A stretch of DNA of 64,000 nucleotides from Bdellovibrionales bacterium. GTDB taxonomy: Bacteria > Bdellovibrionota > Bdellovibrionia > Bdellovibrionales > UBA1609. This document shows, piece after piece, positions 47,101 to 58,974 of the stretch; within the stretch, counting starts at the first letter, position 1; each line of letters opens with the position of its first letter. The DNA is taken from NCBI GenBank assembly GCA_965261545.1, contig CBDHDF010000011.1, positions 768,001 to 832,000 of the forward strand, given 5' to 3'. The translations under genes and the position numbers were made by a program. A model generated the notes under the pieces. That model had not been told where the DNA came from, ran no database searches, and saw nothing but the letters and a program-made list of their open reading frames with translations.

Positions 47101-48753
47101 TCACATATGCAATAAATCGTCTTTATTTTCGTTGGGAGGATACAAGATCTTGTATTGAGAGGGTGTATATGGATTTTTGCCTTGATGGATATCTTGGACC
47201 AGTTTTTTGAAATACTCCCTTGGATTGACCTGATTGAGTTTGCATGACTCTACCAAGGAGAACAATATGGAGGCTGTTTCAGCCCCTCTTTTAGAGTGCG
47301 TTCCATACCATGTCTTGCGCCCCACCACAGGACTGCGAAGCTGTCGTTCTTGGCAATTATTGTCAATGGGCAAGCCGTGGTGGTGAGCAAACAAAGTCAA
47401 GCCTTTATAGTTTCTGAGAAGATATCCCATGGCCTTGCCCATAGAGCTTTTGGAAGAGTAGCCCCCCATATCTTCCATGGCCCGCACCTTCATCTTCTCA
47501 AATAGACAGAGCATAAGCCTTTGAGCACGCAGGAATTTATCACAGCCTTGCTCCCCATTCTTGGCTATTTTTGCCAGACGATAAATCTTTCCATAGATAT
47601 TCACAAAATATTGGGCACACTGGGATGGATCTGGCTCTTTGTTCAAGTTCGCCACCACGGCCTCCCTGAACTTTCTCCTCGCATGGGCATTGCAGTACAC
47701 ATTGTAAAGTTTCTTAAATTCTTCTTTATTTTCTCTGTCTTTCCGGTATTGATTCACTTCTCTCACTGTTTTGCTGTAGCCAGAAAAAACATCACTGACC
47801 AAATATTCACACTTGGAGTTCTTTATCATCTTTGAAGACACATCCCCAGAGCGAGTGTTGTGTATTTCAAAATAACTCGTCTTTGTATTGGAAAATCCCC
47901 ATAAATACCAACTCTTCCCCCCATTTCTCTCAAGCATTTTGTGAGGGGTTTCATCGGCATGAAGAACCTGGCTGCTTTGAATCTCTTCTTTGAGCTTATC
48001 GTAAGCTCCTTTTGTAAAGTCGGCCACATGGTGGGTCAACTCTATGAGACTTTGGGGAGGTAAGCCTTCGAGCCCAGCTCTTCCAGCTATGGCCCCATAG
48101 CGCTCTATGGGAATGAGGTCACAGTATTTGGTCAAAGACACATCCAACATCATTTCATCGCTGTAAGAACTCTTTGGTTTGATTCGAGGGGGGGTAGAAG
48201 CGGTTTTAAGACTCCCGTGACAACGGCCACAGTTATATTTGTGGCGTTTTTGTCTAATAATAAGATATTTGGCAGGAACCACGGTGAGGTACTCACTGGC
48301 TTCCGTAAGACCTGAGTCCTTCATCTCGGCCCCACAGCAAGTGCATTTGGGAGGTTCTTGAAGCTCCACCTCTTGTTCAACAACGGGGGCATTGGGATAT
48401 CTTTCCGAGGGGAGCTGGATACGCTTTTTTCTTTTTTCATCCTTGTCAGAAGTAGAATTTTGAAACGAAGCTGGGTGGGATGAATCTTTCTTATTATCTG
48501 GAGATTCCTTTTCTGAGCTTTTGCCAAAAAGCTTGTTCTTTAAAAGAATATATTGCTCATCCACCAAGAAAGTTTTTTGCTTCAGTTCTCCATGGAGATT
48601 TCTTAAGTCTTTGATCTCTTTTTGCAGCTTGCGGATGGTGTGCTCGGCTTCTTGGAAAAGGTAAACAACTTCACCTTTTTTTATCAAGTCAAATCGAGTC
48701 TTTGGAACAACTTTGAAAAGATCTTCTTGGCTCATAAATAAAAGGATAAACAA
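47101..48753 (-). CDS. tnpC: IS66 transposase TnpC
   Basis: LFGKSSEK, CTCCG, HADET, C-x-AHARRKF and IDNN-x-x-ER-x-LR-x-x-VVGRK-x-W motifs. Confidence 0.93.
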   Translation of the reverse strand: MFILLFMSQEDLFKVVPKTRFDLIKKGEVVYLFQEAEHTIRKLQKEIKDLRNLHGELKQKTFLVDEQYILLKNKLFGKSSEKESPDNKKDSSHPASFQNSTSDKDEKRKKRIQLPSERYPNAPVVEQEVELQEPPKCTCCGAEMKDSGLTEASEYLTVVPAKYLIIRQKRHKYNCGRCHGSLKTASTPPRIKPKSSYSDEMMLDVSLTKYCDLIPIERYGAIAGRAGLEGLPPQSLIELTHHVADFTKGAYDKLKEEIQSSQVLHADETPHKMLERNGGKSWYLWGFSNTKTSYFEIHNTRSGDVSSKMIKNSKCEYLVSDVFSGYSKTVREVNQYRKDRENKEEFKKLYNVYCNAHARRKFREAVVANLNKEPDPSQCAQYFVNIYGKIYRLAKIAKNGEQGCDKFLRAQRLMLCLFEKMKVRAMEDMGGYSSKSSMGKAMGYLLRNYKGLTLFAHHHGLPIDNNCQERQLRSPVVGRKTWYGTHSKRGAETASILFSLVESCKLNQVNPREYFKKLVQDIHQGKNPYTPSQYKILYPPNENKDDLLHM

Positions 48754-48759
48754 ATATTT

Positions 48760-49152
48760 TTAAAGTGACAACTCTTGACTCATTGGGAATATTTTTTTAG
48801 CAACTTTTTTTATCTCCAAAGGACTTTCTATAAACCTTTTTTCTAAATTCGCTCCCTCAAAAAATAAACCAAACTCGGCCTCTGTTAATACAATTTCTTT
48901 ACTATGAAAAGGATTGATCCTAGAAAATGTTCCCTGCTCAAGACGCTTGGATAAAATTACCAATCCTGTGCCATCATAGTACAGGCACTTGCACGACGTA
49001 CGACGGCGGTTGACAAACAAAAATAAATGACCCGAAAAAGGGTCCTTGTCTAAAACTGTCTTGGCTCGATGAAATAAAGAATCATAAGAAGCCCTCATAT
49101 CTGTGGGCTCCTTACAGACGAATATTTTGGTCCTGCGGTTCAAAGCTATCAT
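48760..49152 (-). CDS. tnpB: IS66 accessory protein TnpB
   Basis: PTDMR-x-S-x-D-x-L, DPFSGHLFLF-x-NRRR and KRLE-x-G-x-F motifs. Confidence 0.93.
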   Translation of the reverse strand: MIALNRRTKIFVCKEPTDMRASYDSLFHRAKTVLDKDPFSGHLFLFVNRRRTSCKCLYYDGTGLVILSKRLEQGTFSRINPFHSKEIVLTEAEFGLFFEGANLEKRFIESPLEIKKVAKKIFPMSQELSL

Positions 49153-49154
49153 GA

Positions 49155-49797
49155 CTTGACTTCGTGGTCGTTTTTATACACAACACTCCTTAATTAAATT
49201 CTTATCTACAGATTTTAAAATTAGTTTTTGGCGTTTACTAAGAATGACTGTTCTAATAAATTGATGTTTTTTCCTTTTATCATATAAATAAACCCTATAC
49301 ATACTTTCTAAATCTTTAAGAGCCTTTAAAGGAGAAATATCCATATCTTTCAAATGCATCCTCAGGATAGAAAGTATTAAATAAGATAAATAACAGATAA
49401 AAACATGTGCAACAACTCTATTTGAAAGCCAATGACGTACTGGACGCAAATTAGATACTCCCTTCAAAGTACGAAAAGATTTTTCTACTATATCTTTATC
49501 AAAGTATAGTTTTATCATTTCTTTGTTTTGAATATTTTTTGTGCAGAAAAGGCAAAAATATCCATCAATCTCTTCGTCACTCTCCAATATATTTTTCCTT
49601 ATCCTTCCTGAGGGGGTAAAATACTTTTCTAAACATGCCTTAATAGGTTTCCCTTTAGATAATGATTTTTGAGCATGCTGTATCTCACGATGACGAGACT
49701 CTTGTATTTCAACTCTTTTCCGATCATTATAACAAATAGCCAACTTTCCTTTAACTCTGTTAAATGAATAGTCTACTTTTTTTATATAGAATACTCT
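49155..49797 (-). pseudogene. 3' fragment of a third IS1634-like transposase with its end
   Basis: Y-x-x-K-x-x-VEKSFRTLK...RPVRHW...RV-x-AHVFIC-x-LSY motif; cut by IS4-B. Confidence 0.85.
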
Positions 49798-51169
49798 CAT
49801 AGGTGTTCGTGGTTTTTTATTCTTTCATAGCAAGACCTTTTTAGCCATATTCATTGATGTTTTTCGCCGTCGGTAGTTTGTGTCATAAATTTCATGGGAG
49901 AATATCTTGATCTTCTCTATCAAAATATTTAAATACTTTTGAGATGAGCTTAGGAGATATTTGATAAAATCAGAGGCTAATAAGACGGTAACCTTAGCAA
50001 CTCTTTGAAACGATGTGGAGTCATTTTGTTCCTTATTGAGTTTAGTTCTTCCTATCCTCAAAACAACACTTGATGTGAGGTGAGCCGCTAATGAAGCAAG
50101 AAGAAGACTCTCTATGATATTTTGATCGTTTGAGGTGATCTGATTTGCATTCAAAGAATTCTTACAAGATTTGAAAATAAGTTCACATTGCCAACGTAAA
50201 CGATAAATTGGATATATGGACTCCGCTGCCACATCTAAATTCGTGCAATACCAATGATAGCGTTTTTCGGAGGAATTCCAGAAGCCTACAATTCTCAAAC
50301 TTACCCATTTACCATTGGACAAGACACTGCCTATAAATTCAACAACATCGTTTTTTTTCTTGAGTTTAATATCAGAGAACTCTTTTCCAACATAGTAATC
50401 TGGCAAACCTTCAACAACAGCATCAATAAGAATAGAGGCATTTGACTTCACTCTAGACAAGAAAAATCCTTTAGCTTCATGAATAGATGACAATAAGCCA
50501 TAGTCCCAATATCCCAAATCAAAGATGACTAATTTTCCAACGAGTTCCTTTATATCAGGAAAGCACTTCCTATCGTTAGTGGAAGACGGAGTTAATTCGA
50601 ACCAAGTCATTATACCACTGAATAAACTGAAACAAGCGTGCCATTTAATTCCTGCGTTTGTTCTTGTCCCTGGAAAATTCTCAGATGCTCCATCCCAAAG
50701 GCTTATTGTGCTTGAGTCAACAAGAAGAACGTCTGAGACTCCCAGTTGTAATAATATGGCTTTGCTCCCATGAAAAGCTCCATGAGATAGCTTTATCATG
50801 AGCATTTCAACCAGTTTACTCAGAAGCTCTTTTAATCTTTTTCTAGAGAGTCTTTCCCAGAAGCTGTGTCTTTCAATTCTTAATCCTAAATGACTTATCA
50901 TAAACCTCCTAATTCCCTCTATTGAATATGTCTTAGAGTCTCCCTGGAATGACAAGACAAGAGCCACAATAAACTCAAGAGGTGGAATGGTTGCCCGAGA
51001 GTCCTTTTCAGGAATAACTTTCTTGAAACATTTTTTGATCGTTTTAAGTGTTTGAGCTTCCGTGCTCATATTTGCCCCCTGCGTTTAAAAAATAAAAATT
51101 TCCTCCAATTAATCTTGACCTATTAAGATACTAACGCGAGAATCATTAAGTCTGTAGATAACTCACTTG
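49798..51169 (-). mobile_element. IS4-B copy 2 (intact transposase ORF 49825-51069; passenger end removed by IS21-B)
   Basis: Near-identical to 7149-8520. Confidence 0.93.
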
Positions 51170-51685
51170 TGCTGAATTTCACGAGTTTGACCCACTGAAT
51201 TTCACGAAGTTTGACCCACCCCTCAGTCAGTCAATTTGAGGTCCAATTTTGAATTTCACGGTGGCTCAAACTTTGTCAATTTAAACCTTCTTTTTTCTGC
51301 TGACTCAGTAACTTTTACACCCTCAATGTCACGATGTCCCAACGGTGGGTTAAGGCTTATTTGCCAGAATGTTAGATGCCAACTAAAATTGGCCACTTTG
51401 TCATTGAGAATCTCGGCCCTTCCCATTTTTGAGGTTTCAATGGAGGGTTTTTCGATGGGGATGTTGAACCCATGGCTCAAAATGGCAGAGAATAGCGAGC
51501 CAGTTATCCACAAATTTATCCATGGTGACGCTGCGTCTGTGACCCCGATGTCTATCAACGCAGCGCTGCCGTGGGTAAATTTTGTGGATAACTGGCGGGT
51601 ACATGATTCAATAGTTCCGATGGAGTGTCTCCCGATGGTGTCTTCTGATGGTGTCTTCTAAGGTCTGCTTTTGCATGGATTCTCC

Positions 51686-52414
51686 TTAAATCGTCTTTCT
51701 CTGCCTAAATGAGCTTCCAGACATGGCTATTTTGATAGCTTGAGAGGTTATGCGATCCATAATAGCTTCACAAACGATGGGATCCCCAATGACTTCACTC
51801 CAATTTTTTATTGGAAGTTGGGTTGTAAGAATGAGGCTCAGGTCAGGGCCTCGTTCATCAATCACATCGTAAAGGTCTTGATATTGGCTGGAGGTAAGGG
51901 GTTTGATACCAAAGTCATCCAACACAAGTATAGAGATTGATTTTAGCCTTTTAAGGAAGTTTAGATATGTCCCCTGGGCTCTTTCTAAGTTGAATTTTTC
52001 AACAAGAGTATTCATTCTGAAGAACTGAGTGGAAAAACCCTGGCGACAGGCGTGATTGCCTATGGCACAAGCCAAATATGACTTTCCAACACCTGTTGGG
52101 CCAGAGATAATTATATTTTGACCTCTTTGAGCAAATCTCATAAGGGCTAGATCACTCAAAACTCTTCGATCGACTCCTCGGCTGGGCTTGGTTTCAAAGG
52201 CCTCAAGGCTTGCTTTTTGCTTCAAAGCTGCTCTTTTGATAAGTCTTAAGACCTTCTGATTGTCACGATGGATTTTTTCGTCCTCAAAGATGACATTTAG
52301 AAAGTCCTCGTAACCAAGATCCTGCTCCTCAGCTTCTTTGAGCCTCTGGCTCAAGGTTGCTAAAACTCCCCTCATTTTTAATATCTCTAATAAATTTTCT
52401 GTTTGTTTAATCAT
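51686..52414 (-). CDS. istB: IstB ATPase
   Basis: GPTGVGKSYLA, LDDFG, TTQLP and AIMDRI motifs. Confidence 0.93.
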   Translation of the reverse strand: MIKQTENLLEILKMRGVLATLSQRLKEAEEQDLGYEDFLNVIFEDEKIHRDNQKVLRLIKRAALKQKASLEAFETKPSRGVDRRVLSDLALMRFAQRGQNIIISGPTGVGKSYLACAIGNHACRQGFSTQFFRMNTLVEKFNLERAQGTYLNFLKRLKSISILVLDDFGIKPLTSSQYQDLYDVIDERGPDLSLILTTQLPIKNWSEVIGDPIVCEAIMDRITSQAIKIAMSGSSFRQRKTI

Positions 52415-52495
52415 TTTCTTCTCCTATACGACCTCTCTTATGGAGGTCAAAATGACCCGTTAGGTGGTTGAGAACCACCCACCGGGGCTATGTGA

Positions 52496-53753
52496 TTAGT
52501 GGCGGCAAGCATTCTCCCAGTGCTCTGAACCTCTTAAATTTTCATTAGGTTGACGGCAGACTCTTGGCTCCTCTTTTCGATGACTTTTTGCTGAAATGAC
52601 TTTCTCAACTCCACGAACCCTAATGTCACTTAAAGCTGCATCTACAAAAAATGAGCAAGCCTGCTCCAAAGAAGCTGTTGAATACCGTTTTCTTAGATTG
52701 AGTATCCCCTGAACACGACGAAGATACATAAGCGGATGGCGAGGCTCTTTGATAAGCCGCTCGGCAACTTTGTGAATGCTTTCTCCAAGGCTTGATGCCT
52801 CTTTAAGTACATTTTGTGGCGTTTGCTCTAAAATGGGCCGGTGGGACTCAGGGAGATGAGATTTTGTCGTAAAGTAGCGCCCTCGACTGCCCTGGGGGAT
52901 GTGATGTATCGCCACCCGCTCTAATTCTGAATAAACCTCCAAGCATTGTTGGCTAATACGAATATCTAATTTCTTGCCGCGATGCTTATAAGGAACAGAG
53001 TAAAAATTGTAGTTATATTGAATGTGACAATCCGGATGAACCTTGGCATGCTTCCAGAATCCACTCTCATAGCGTCTTTCAGGAAGAGGATTCAATTTTG
53101 ACTTCTCAAAAGATTCAAACTTCTGTCGACGACTCAACCCATACTTTTTTTGAATACGATCATTGAAAATAGCTGCCAAATGCTTCAACTCAGCGTTGAT
53201 GTCTGCTAGAGAATACATTTGTCGCTCTCTTATCTGGGGCCAAGACCAGCGCCAAAAGACTCCAAGGGTATTTTCGATAAGACTCTTGTCTTTGGGATGA
53301 GATGGCCTCATCGCCAAAGGAGCCACATTGTAGTGATCACACAAGAGGTGAAACTCAGAGTTAATATCGGGATCATAAGTATCAGCTCTTGTCACTTGAA
53401 CCTTTGCGTTATCAAAAGCAATGGTTCCGGTCACACCACCAAAAAACTCAAAACCAGAAGCTATGGAGGAAAAAACATCTTCCCGCTGCTCTGTTAATGT
53501 GGCGCAGGGAAAGAAAAACTGACTCGATGGAAGTATCATCCCAAATAATCGACATTGGATGAACTCCCCAGTCTTGGTATCTGTATAGCCAAAACAAGAG
53601 TCTTTTCCCTTATAGTCAAATTCACTCCGCTCACCAGGGGTGAATGTCTGGTGCATATCAAGCTTTATACTTGGGTGCCTCCGACGAAACTCTCTCCAAA
53701 AAGAAAGATAACTCACACCGTCAATCTCGGACTGAATATGTCGCTCCCAGTAA
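52496..53753 (-). pseudogene. istA: IstA lacking its N-terminus
   Basis: PGE-x-x-EFDY, DNAK and P-x-DK-x-x-IE motifs. The frame stays open to the IS21-C junction, with no HTH N-terminus. Confidence 0.85.
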
Positions 53754-53871
53754 TCCCGGAGGGGAGGGCAAACCAGGCCATTTGTGGGCGGGCAAACCAG
53801 GCCATTTAAAATTTAATATCTGACAAGGCGTATTGTAAAATACCTTCTAGAAAACAACCTGGGAGGGAAGG

Positions 53872-55535
53872 ATGAACGTCTTGAATAAACAAAAACAAGA
53901 AGAGATATTAACATTAATTATAGCAGGTCACTCATTTCGTAAAATAGCGAAAAGGCTACATGTAGGTCGATCTACGGTTTCAGAGTATGCGAAAGCCCAT
54001 AGGGTCATTGCCAAAAAGGGGCGTACAGGAGGTATAGAGCCAAAATCTCCAGCCTTTTCGGTGTGCTCAGAAGCAGAGTCATGTTCATCTTCATGTTCTC
54101 CTGAAATTTGCTCTGCGGAGCCTCCAAGCCTTCCTGTGGCCCAGTTCGAAAAGCCCAAGGAAGTTTCGGTCTCCTCCACAGAATTCAATCAGCAGGTTCT
54201 TCTAGGGGAAGCCACCCCCCCCCTTAGAAACGCCTCCATCTTCCCCTATAGGATCAGGCTCAGCATGTCTTGTCGTGTCTGATGGGGCTTCCATGCACTC
54301 CTCCGCCTGCCTCACGCGCCCATCCACAACCATGGTGGAACCGATGGCTGCTCCCACAGAAACTGGATCCACGGACTGTATAGAACCACCTGGATTGAAA
54401 AAATCTCTTAAAGATAAAACCTCTCAACGCCCCTTATGTCATCAGTCGGCTTGTGAGCCCCACAGGGCTTGGATTGAAAATCAGGCTTTGAACTTAGAGC
54501 GCAATCGAATGGCCATCTACCAAGATTTAGTGGAGAAATTTGGTTTTTCTCACTCCTACGACAGCGTGAAAAAATTTGTAAGGAAGCTGAAGAAGAGTAC
54601 TCCCAAACGCTATGATCGCTTGGATTTTCCCCCCGGAGAGGAAGCCCAAGTGGATTATGGCCAAGGGGCTCTGACTGTTCACCCCCGGACAGGCAAATAT
54701 AGGCGGCCTCGCCTTTTTGTGATGACCCTCAAGTACTCTCGTGCCTCTTTTCGCAAGGTTGTTTGGAAGTCCAGCCAAGAGACGTGGAGCAGACTCCATG
54801 AGGAGGCTTTTCATTATTTTTTGGGCTGCCCTCAATATGTCGTCTTAGACAATCTCAAGGAAGGTGTTATTAAGCCAGATATCTATGAGCCAACGCTGAA
54901 CGCCGTTTATGGCGCTGTACTGACTCACTACGGGGTCGTTGCTGACCCGGCAAGAGTTCGTGATCCTGATAGGAAAGGAACCGTTGAGCACGCCATTCAC
55001 CACACCCAAGACACAGCACTGAAGGGTCGTTCATTTAAAACCATTGAGGAGCAAAATGAGTGGCTCATGCACTGGGAGCACACTTGGGCTCGCCCTCGGG
55101 TTCATGGTCGCACCAAGCGAGTCGTTTCTGAGATGTTTGAAGAAGAGAGCCCCTTTCTCAAAAAGCTCCCCCAAAAGAAATTTGATTTTTTTAAACAAGA
55201 GATACGAACAGTTGCAGACGATGGGCTCATTCAAGTGGGAAACAGTTACTATTGCGCCTACCCTTCTGATCTAAAGAGCCAAGTCATTGTGCGTATTTAT
55301 GATAAAGACATAGAGATTATGGACCCTGCTACGATGAGTGTTATCCGCCGCCACCAAAAAGCCACTCTCCCGGGGAGTCTCTCTTTGCTAGACAAAGATC
55401 GTGTTTATAATCCATCTCGCCATGTAGAAAATATTTTAGCTGATGCGGGTCAGATTGGCCCTCAAACAAAAGCTTTTTGTCAGTCATTACTCAGGGTGGA
55501 TGAGAGAGTTGGAAACAGGCAGATGCGTGGGGTGT
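53872..55535 (+). pseudogene. istA: IstA of IS21-C (frameshift at a C9 tract, then interrupted)
   Basis: HTH in 53872-54282; PGEEAQVDYG, DNLKEGV and KGTVE in the next frame. Confidence 0.85.
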
Positions 55536-58500
55536 TGTTAGGCGCCAATTAAAATTGGCCATTTTTAGAAGCCGTCGCCAATGAAAAACGGCCAGTTGAT
55601 GATGTACTGATTTAGTTATTCTTCGTTCAGAGTTTAGTCAAGTGTCTTTATTTTGCTCATCATTTAACTCGGACTATGCCACAAGATTCTGAGGAATGAT
55701 TTTCTGCCCACCACTTTTGGCATGACCCCAAATGCATCCTTCAGCCCTATGGCAGAGGTAAATGGAGTATTTTTCAGGATTCCTTGGCGCAGCTAATGTC
55801 TAAAGCTCCGCGAGAGTGACGAGCAAATAGTACGGTAAAAGCCAGTTATCCATAAATTTATCCATGGCGACACTGCGGCTGTGACCCCGATGTCTAGCAA
55901 CGCAGTGCTGCTGTGGATAAATTTTGTGGATAACTGGCGAGTTCCTTCCCCAAAAGTGGGGATCTCTAATGAACTTCTTTGGTTGAACTTTCCTCTTTGC
56001 TCTGTTTAGACTTGGCTTTTGCCGATTCGGTTCTCCAACTTTCTTTTCCTTCAATGTTGAGGGTTTCACAGTTGTGAATGATTCGATCAACAGCAGCAGC
56101 GGTGGTAATAGGGTTAAGAAACACCTTATCCCATTCAGAGTATGTTAAGTTTGTAGTGATCATGAGACTTTTCCTTTCATATCGCTGAGATATGAATTGA
56201 AAGAAAAGATCTGCCCCCTCTGTGCAGGAAGCTGTATAGCCAAGTTCATCACAAGCAATAAGATCAAAACGGTCTAATTTCTTAAAAAGAGCATTCAATG
56301 AGAGTTCTTTCTTGCTTTCACGCATTGTTTCAATAAGTTCATGAGTGGTGACCCATAAACATCGATAGCCTTGTTCACAGAGTGAACGAACTAGGGACAT
56401 GGCCAAATGACTTTTCCCCATTCCAAAGCTTCCGTAAAACACAACATTACAGGCTTTTCTGACCCACTCTCCCTCTGCCATCCAATTAATTTGCTGAGCT
56501 GTCACTCCCGTTCTTTTCTGGAAGTTATAAGTTTGGAGTGATTTAAGTTGAGGAAGCTTGGCCCCCTTAAGCAATCTTTTCACTCTCTGGGAATGCTTGT
56601 CAGCAAGCTCATTTTGAACGAGTATACCTAAATACTGTTCATACGTCTTTTTTGTTTTTTCGGCAACTCTAGCCGTTGCAACATATTCATCCGCCATCGC
56701 TGGAAGTCGGAGTTTTTTAAGAGAACCTATAAGTTCTTCGTGATTCATTAAGAACCTCCTATGTTTGGAACAAGACTGTCATATTGAGACAATCTAGGTT
56801 GAAGTGGTTTTTGTTGGTCATTCAAATTAATTTTGGTGGGATTGCCTAAGAGCAAATCTTTTATGGATTTAAAGTCGAAAATCTCACGACTTTCTAATTG
56901 AAGCTCCATGGCTGTAGATAAGTCCTGCCAACTCACATGCTGAATCAAGTTGATAACTCTTAAATATTCATGCTCGGCACGGCTTGAATCTTGTTGCTTG
57001 AGGTATTGATAAAAATTTTCAAACACATTTGTTGGAAAAAGAATGGATCGGTGAGCCCATCTTACCATGGCTTGCGGCTTACGAACTAAAGAGGGAAGGA
57101 TATGTTCAAGAAGAAGACTATGCTCCCCATCAGGTTTTCTTTGATGGCGAGCGACAATTTCTTGCTTCCCTCCTGCACGATAGATCGTGACATGATAGGG
57201 ACCCTGTACGGTTTTACAGGGAGCTTGGATCACCTCATCAGGTATGGAATATGTGGTTTTACCTATTCTCAAAGTCCCATAACCATTACTTTGACAAATA
57301 TTCACCTTACAGAGAATATCTTCATCTCGTGGAGGCAAAGGCTTAAGAACTTTGGCCTCCTCCTCAAAGCGAGATTTGGTGGAGTCACTCTGATGCTGAT
57401 CCATATAAGACTCTAAAAACTGATTCAAATGATCCCAGTCTTTAAAAACAATTCCTTTGTTTCTAACAATATTTTTTATCCGAGAACTGAAGGTTCGAAT
57501 ATCACGCTCCACATCTCCCTTGTCAGAGCCCTTCCCTGCGCGGCAGGGAAGAACCTTAAATCCATAGTATTGGATGGCTCGATCAAAAGATTGGGTGTAA
57601 ATTCGCTGATTTCCTTTAAGAACTTTCTTCACACAGGGAGATAAATTATCAATACGGATGTTCGCACTCATCCCACCTATCTTTTCAAAAAAAGCATGCA
57701 CCCCATCGATGAAACACTCATAGACAAGAAAGGGGTAGGCACGAACCCAACAGGTGCCACTACAAGGCAATGTTCCAAAATGGAGATGAACGATCTGAAC
57801 ACCATCGGCAAATGGTAAAGCAACCTTCTCCTTAAAATCAAACTGAGCCTGTTCTCCAGGATCATATCTTTGGCTGAAAAAACGCTCCTTGGGGCGAGAA
57901 CCAAGAATCTCACAAACTCTTCTCTGAACCGTTCTCTCACTCCCACGATAACCCTCCTCAACTAATAGCTCATATATTTCACGGGCGGTGTTACTTGGGT
58001 TCAACTTCAAAAAGTACTTCACCCGATCCATATATCCATTAAGGGGATCTGGGCGAGTTCTTTTGGACCTCGCCTTGTACTTCGGTGGGGTGTTGGACTT
58101 ACAGTACTTGCGCACCGTCTTACGATTGATCCCTAATTCACGAGATATTTCTGTCTTATTTTTACCACTGTGACTCAGGTCACGAATGCGGCCGAAAGTG
58201 TATTGACTAATCATAAGATCCTCCTCATTGCTAACCTTTTGAGTTGCAAAAGGGAGGGACTCTGTGAGCTTAGTATCTATATCAGAAGAAGAGACTTCAT
58301 TGTCTAGTATTTGAACACTCCCTGAAGATTGGTCACTTTTCATTGGCGACAACCTCCATATTGAAAGTGGGACATTTTAATTGGCGACGGCTTTAAGGGA
58401 AGCCTGTCTTCAAAAAGAAATTCCATGAAAATTGAGGCAAATGTTGGAATCTTGTGGAATTTAAATACTTTAGAAAATGGGCACAGCCTAAACAGGCTTT

Positions 58501-58781
58501 TCTTGACTATATATTTAACCTCATTGAAATCCAGAAACAGTCTACAAATGAGAAATATGGAACCTGAATAGGCTGTCATGGAAGGACTCTCCAACACGGA
58601 GCCCCTTTCCAGGTCGACAAGAACCCAAAAGGAGTTCTTATCAGCTCGGAGCCTTTTTATGAGTAATATCAATTGATTATATGCGTCTCGGTTGACAATG
58701 CCAAAAATCACCATAGGTCCTCCTCTGAAAAGTGGCCACTTTTCATTGGCGACGGTGGGGCATTTTAATTGTCAGCTAACA
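55536..58781 (-). mobile_element. IS21-A copy 3 (intact; istA 56748-58214, istB 55966-56748)
   Basis: 3246 bp, near-identical to copy 2. The flanks GGTGT / GGTGG form an imperfect duplication. The hairpin module is at 55841-55938. Confidence 0.95.
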
Positions 58782-58974
58782 GGTGGTGTCCTTGGCTAAA
58801 AAATATCACTCTGATCTTATTGAAAAAGCAGCCATTCAGGCTGTGAGCAGAGGGGTCTTATCTCTTAGGGTCTTTAAAAGGCTTGTTGAGGAACTACAGC
58901 CCCCTGTGGATGAGAAAAAGATGGAATCCCACCTCACCCAAGACCACGACATCATTCGAGCACCATCCGAGTAT

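Larger units (their letters stand above)
46715..49154 (-). mobile_element. IS66-family (tnpB-tnpC) element; tnpA and left end missing
   Basis: Terminus GTAAATCATCCAGGAACCCCGTC at 46715, plus tnpB and tnpC. Confidence 0.85.
51170..53753 (-). mobile_element. IS21-family element B, 5' end truncated by IS21-C
   Basis: Terminus TGCTGAATTTCACGAG with TGAATTTCACG repeats; hairpin module at 51499-51596; istA-istB. Confidence 0.88.
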
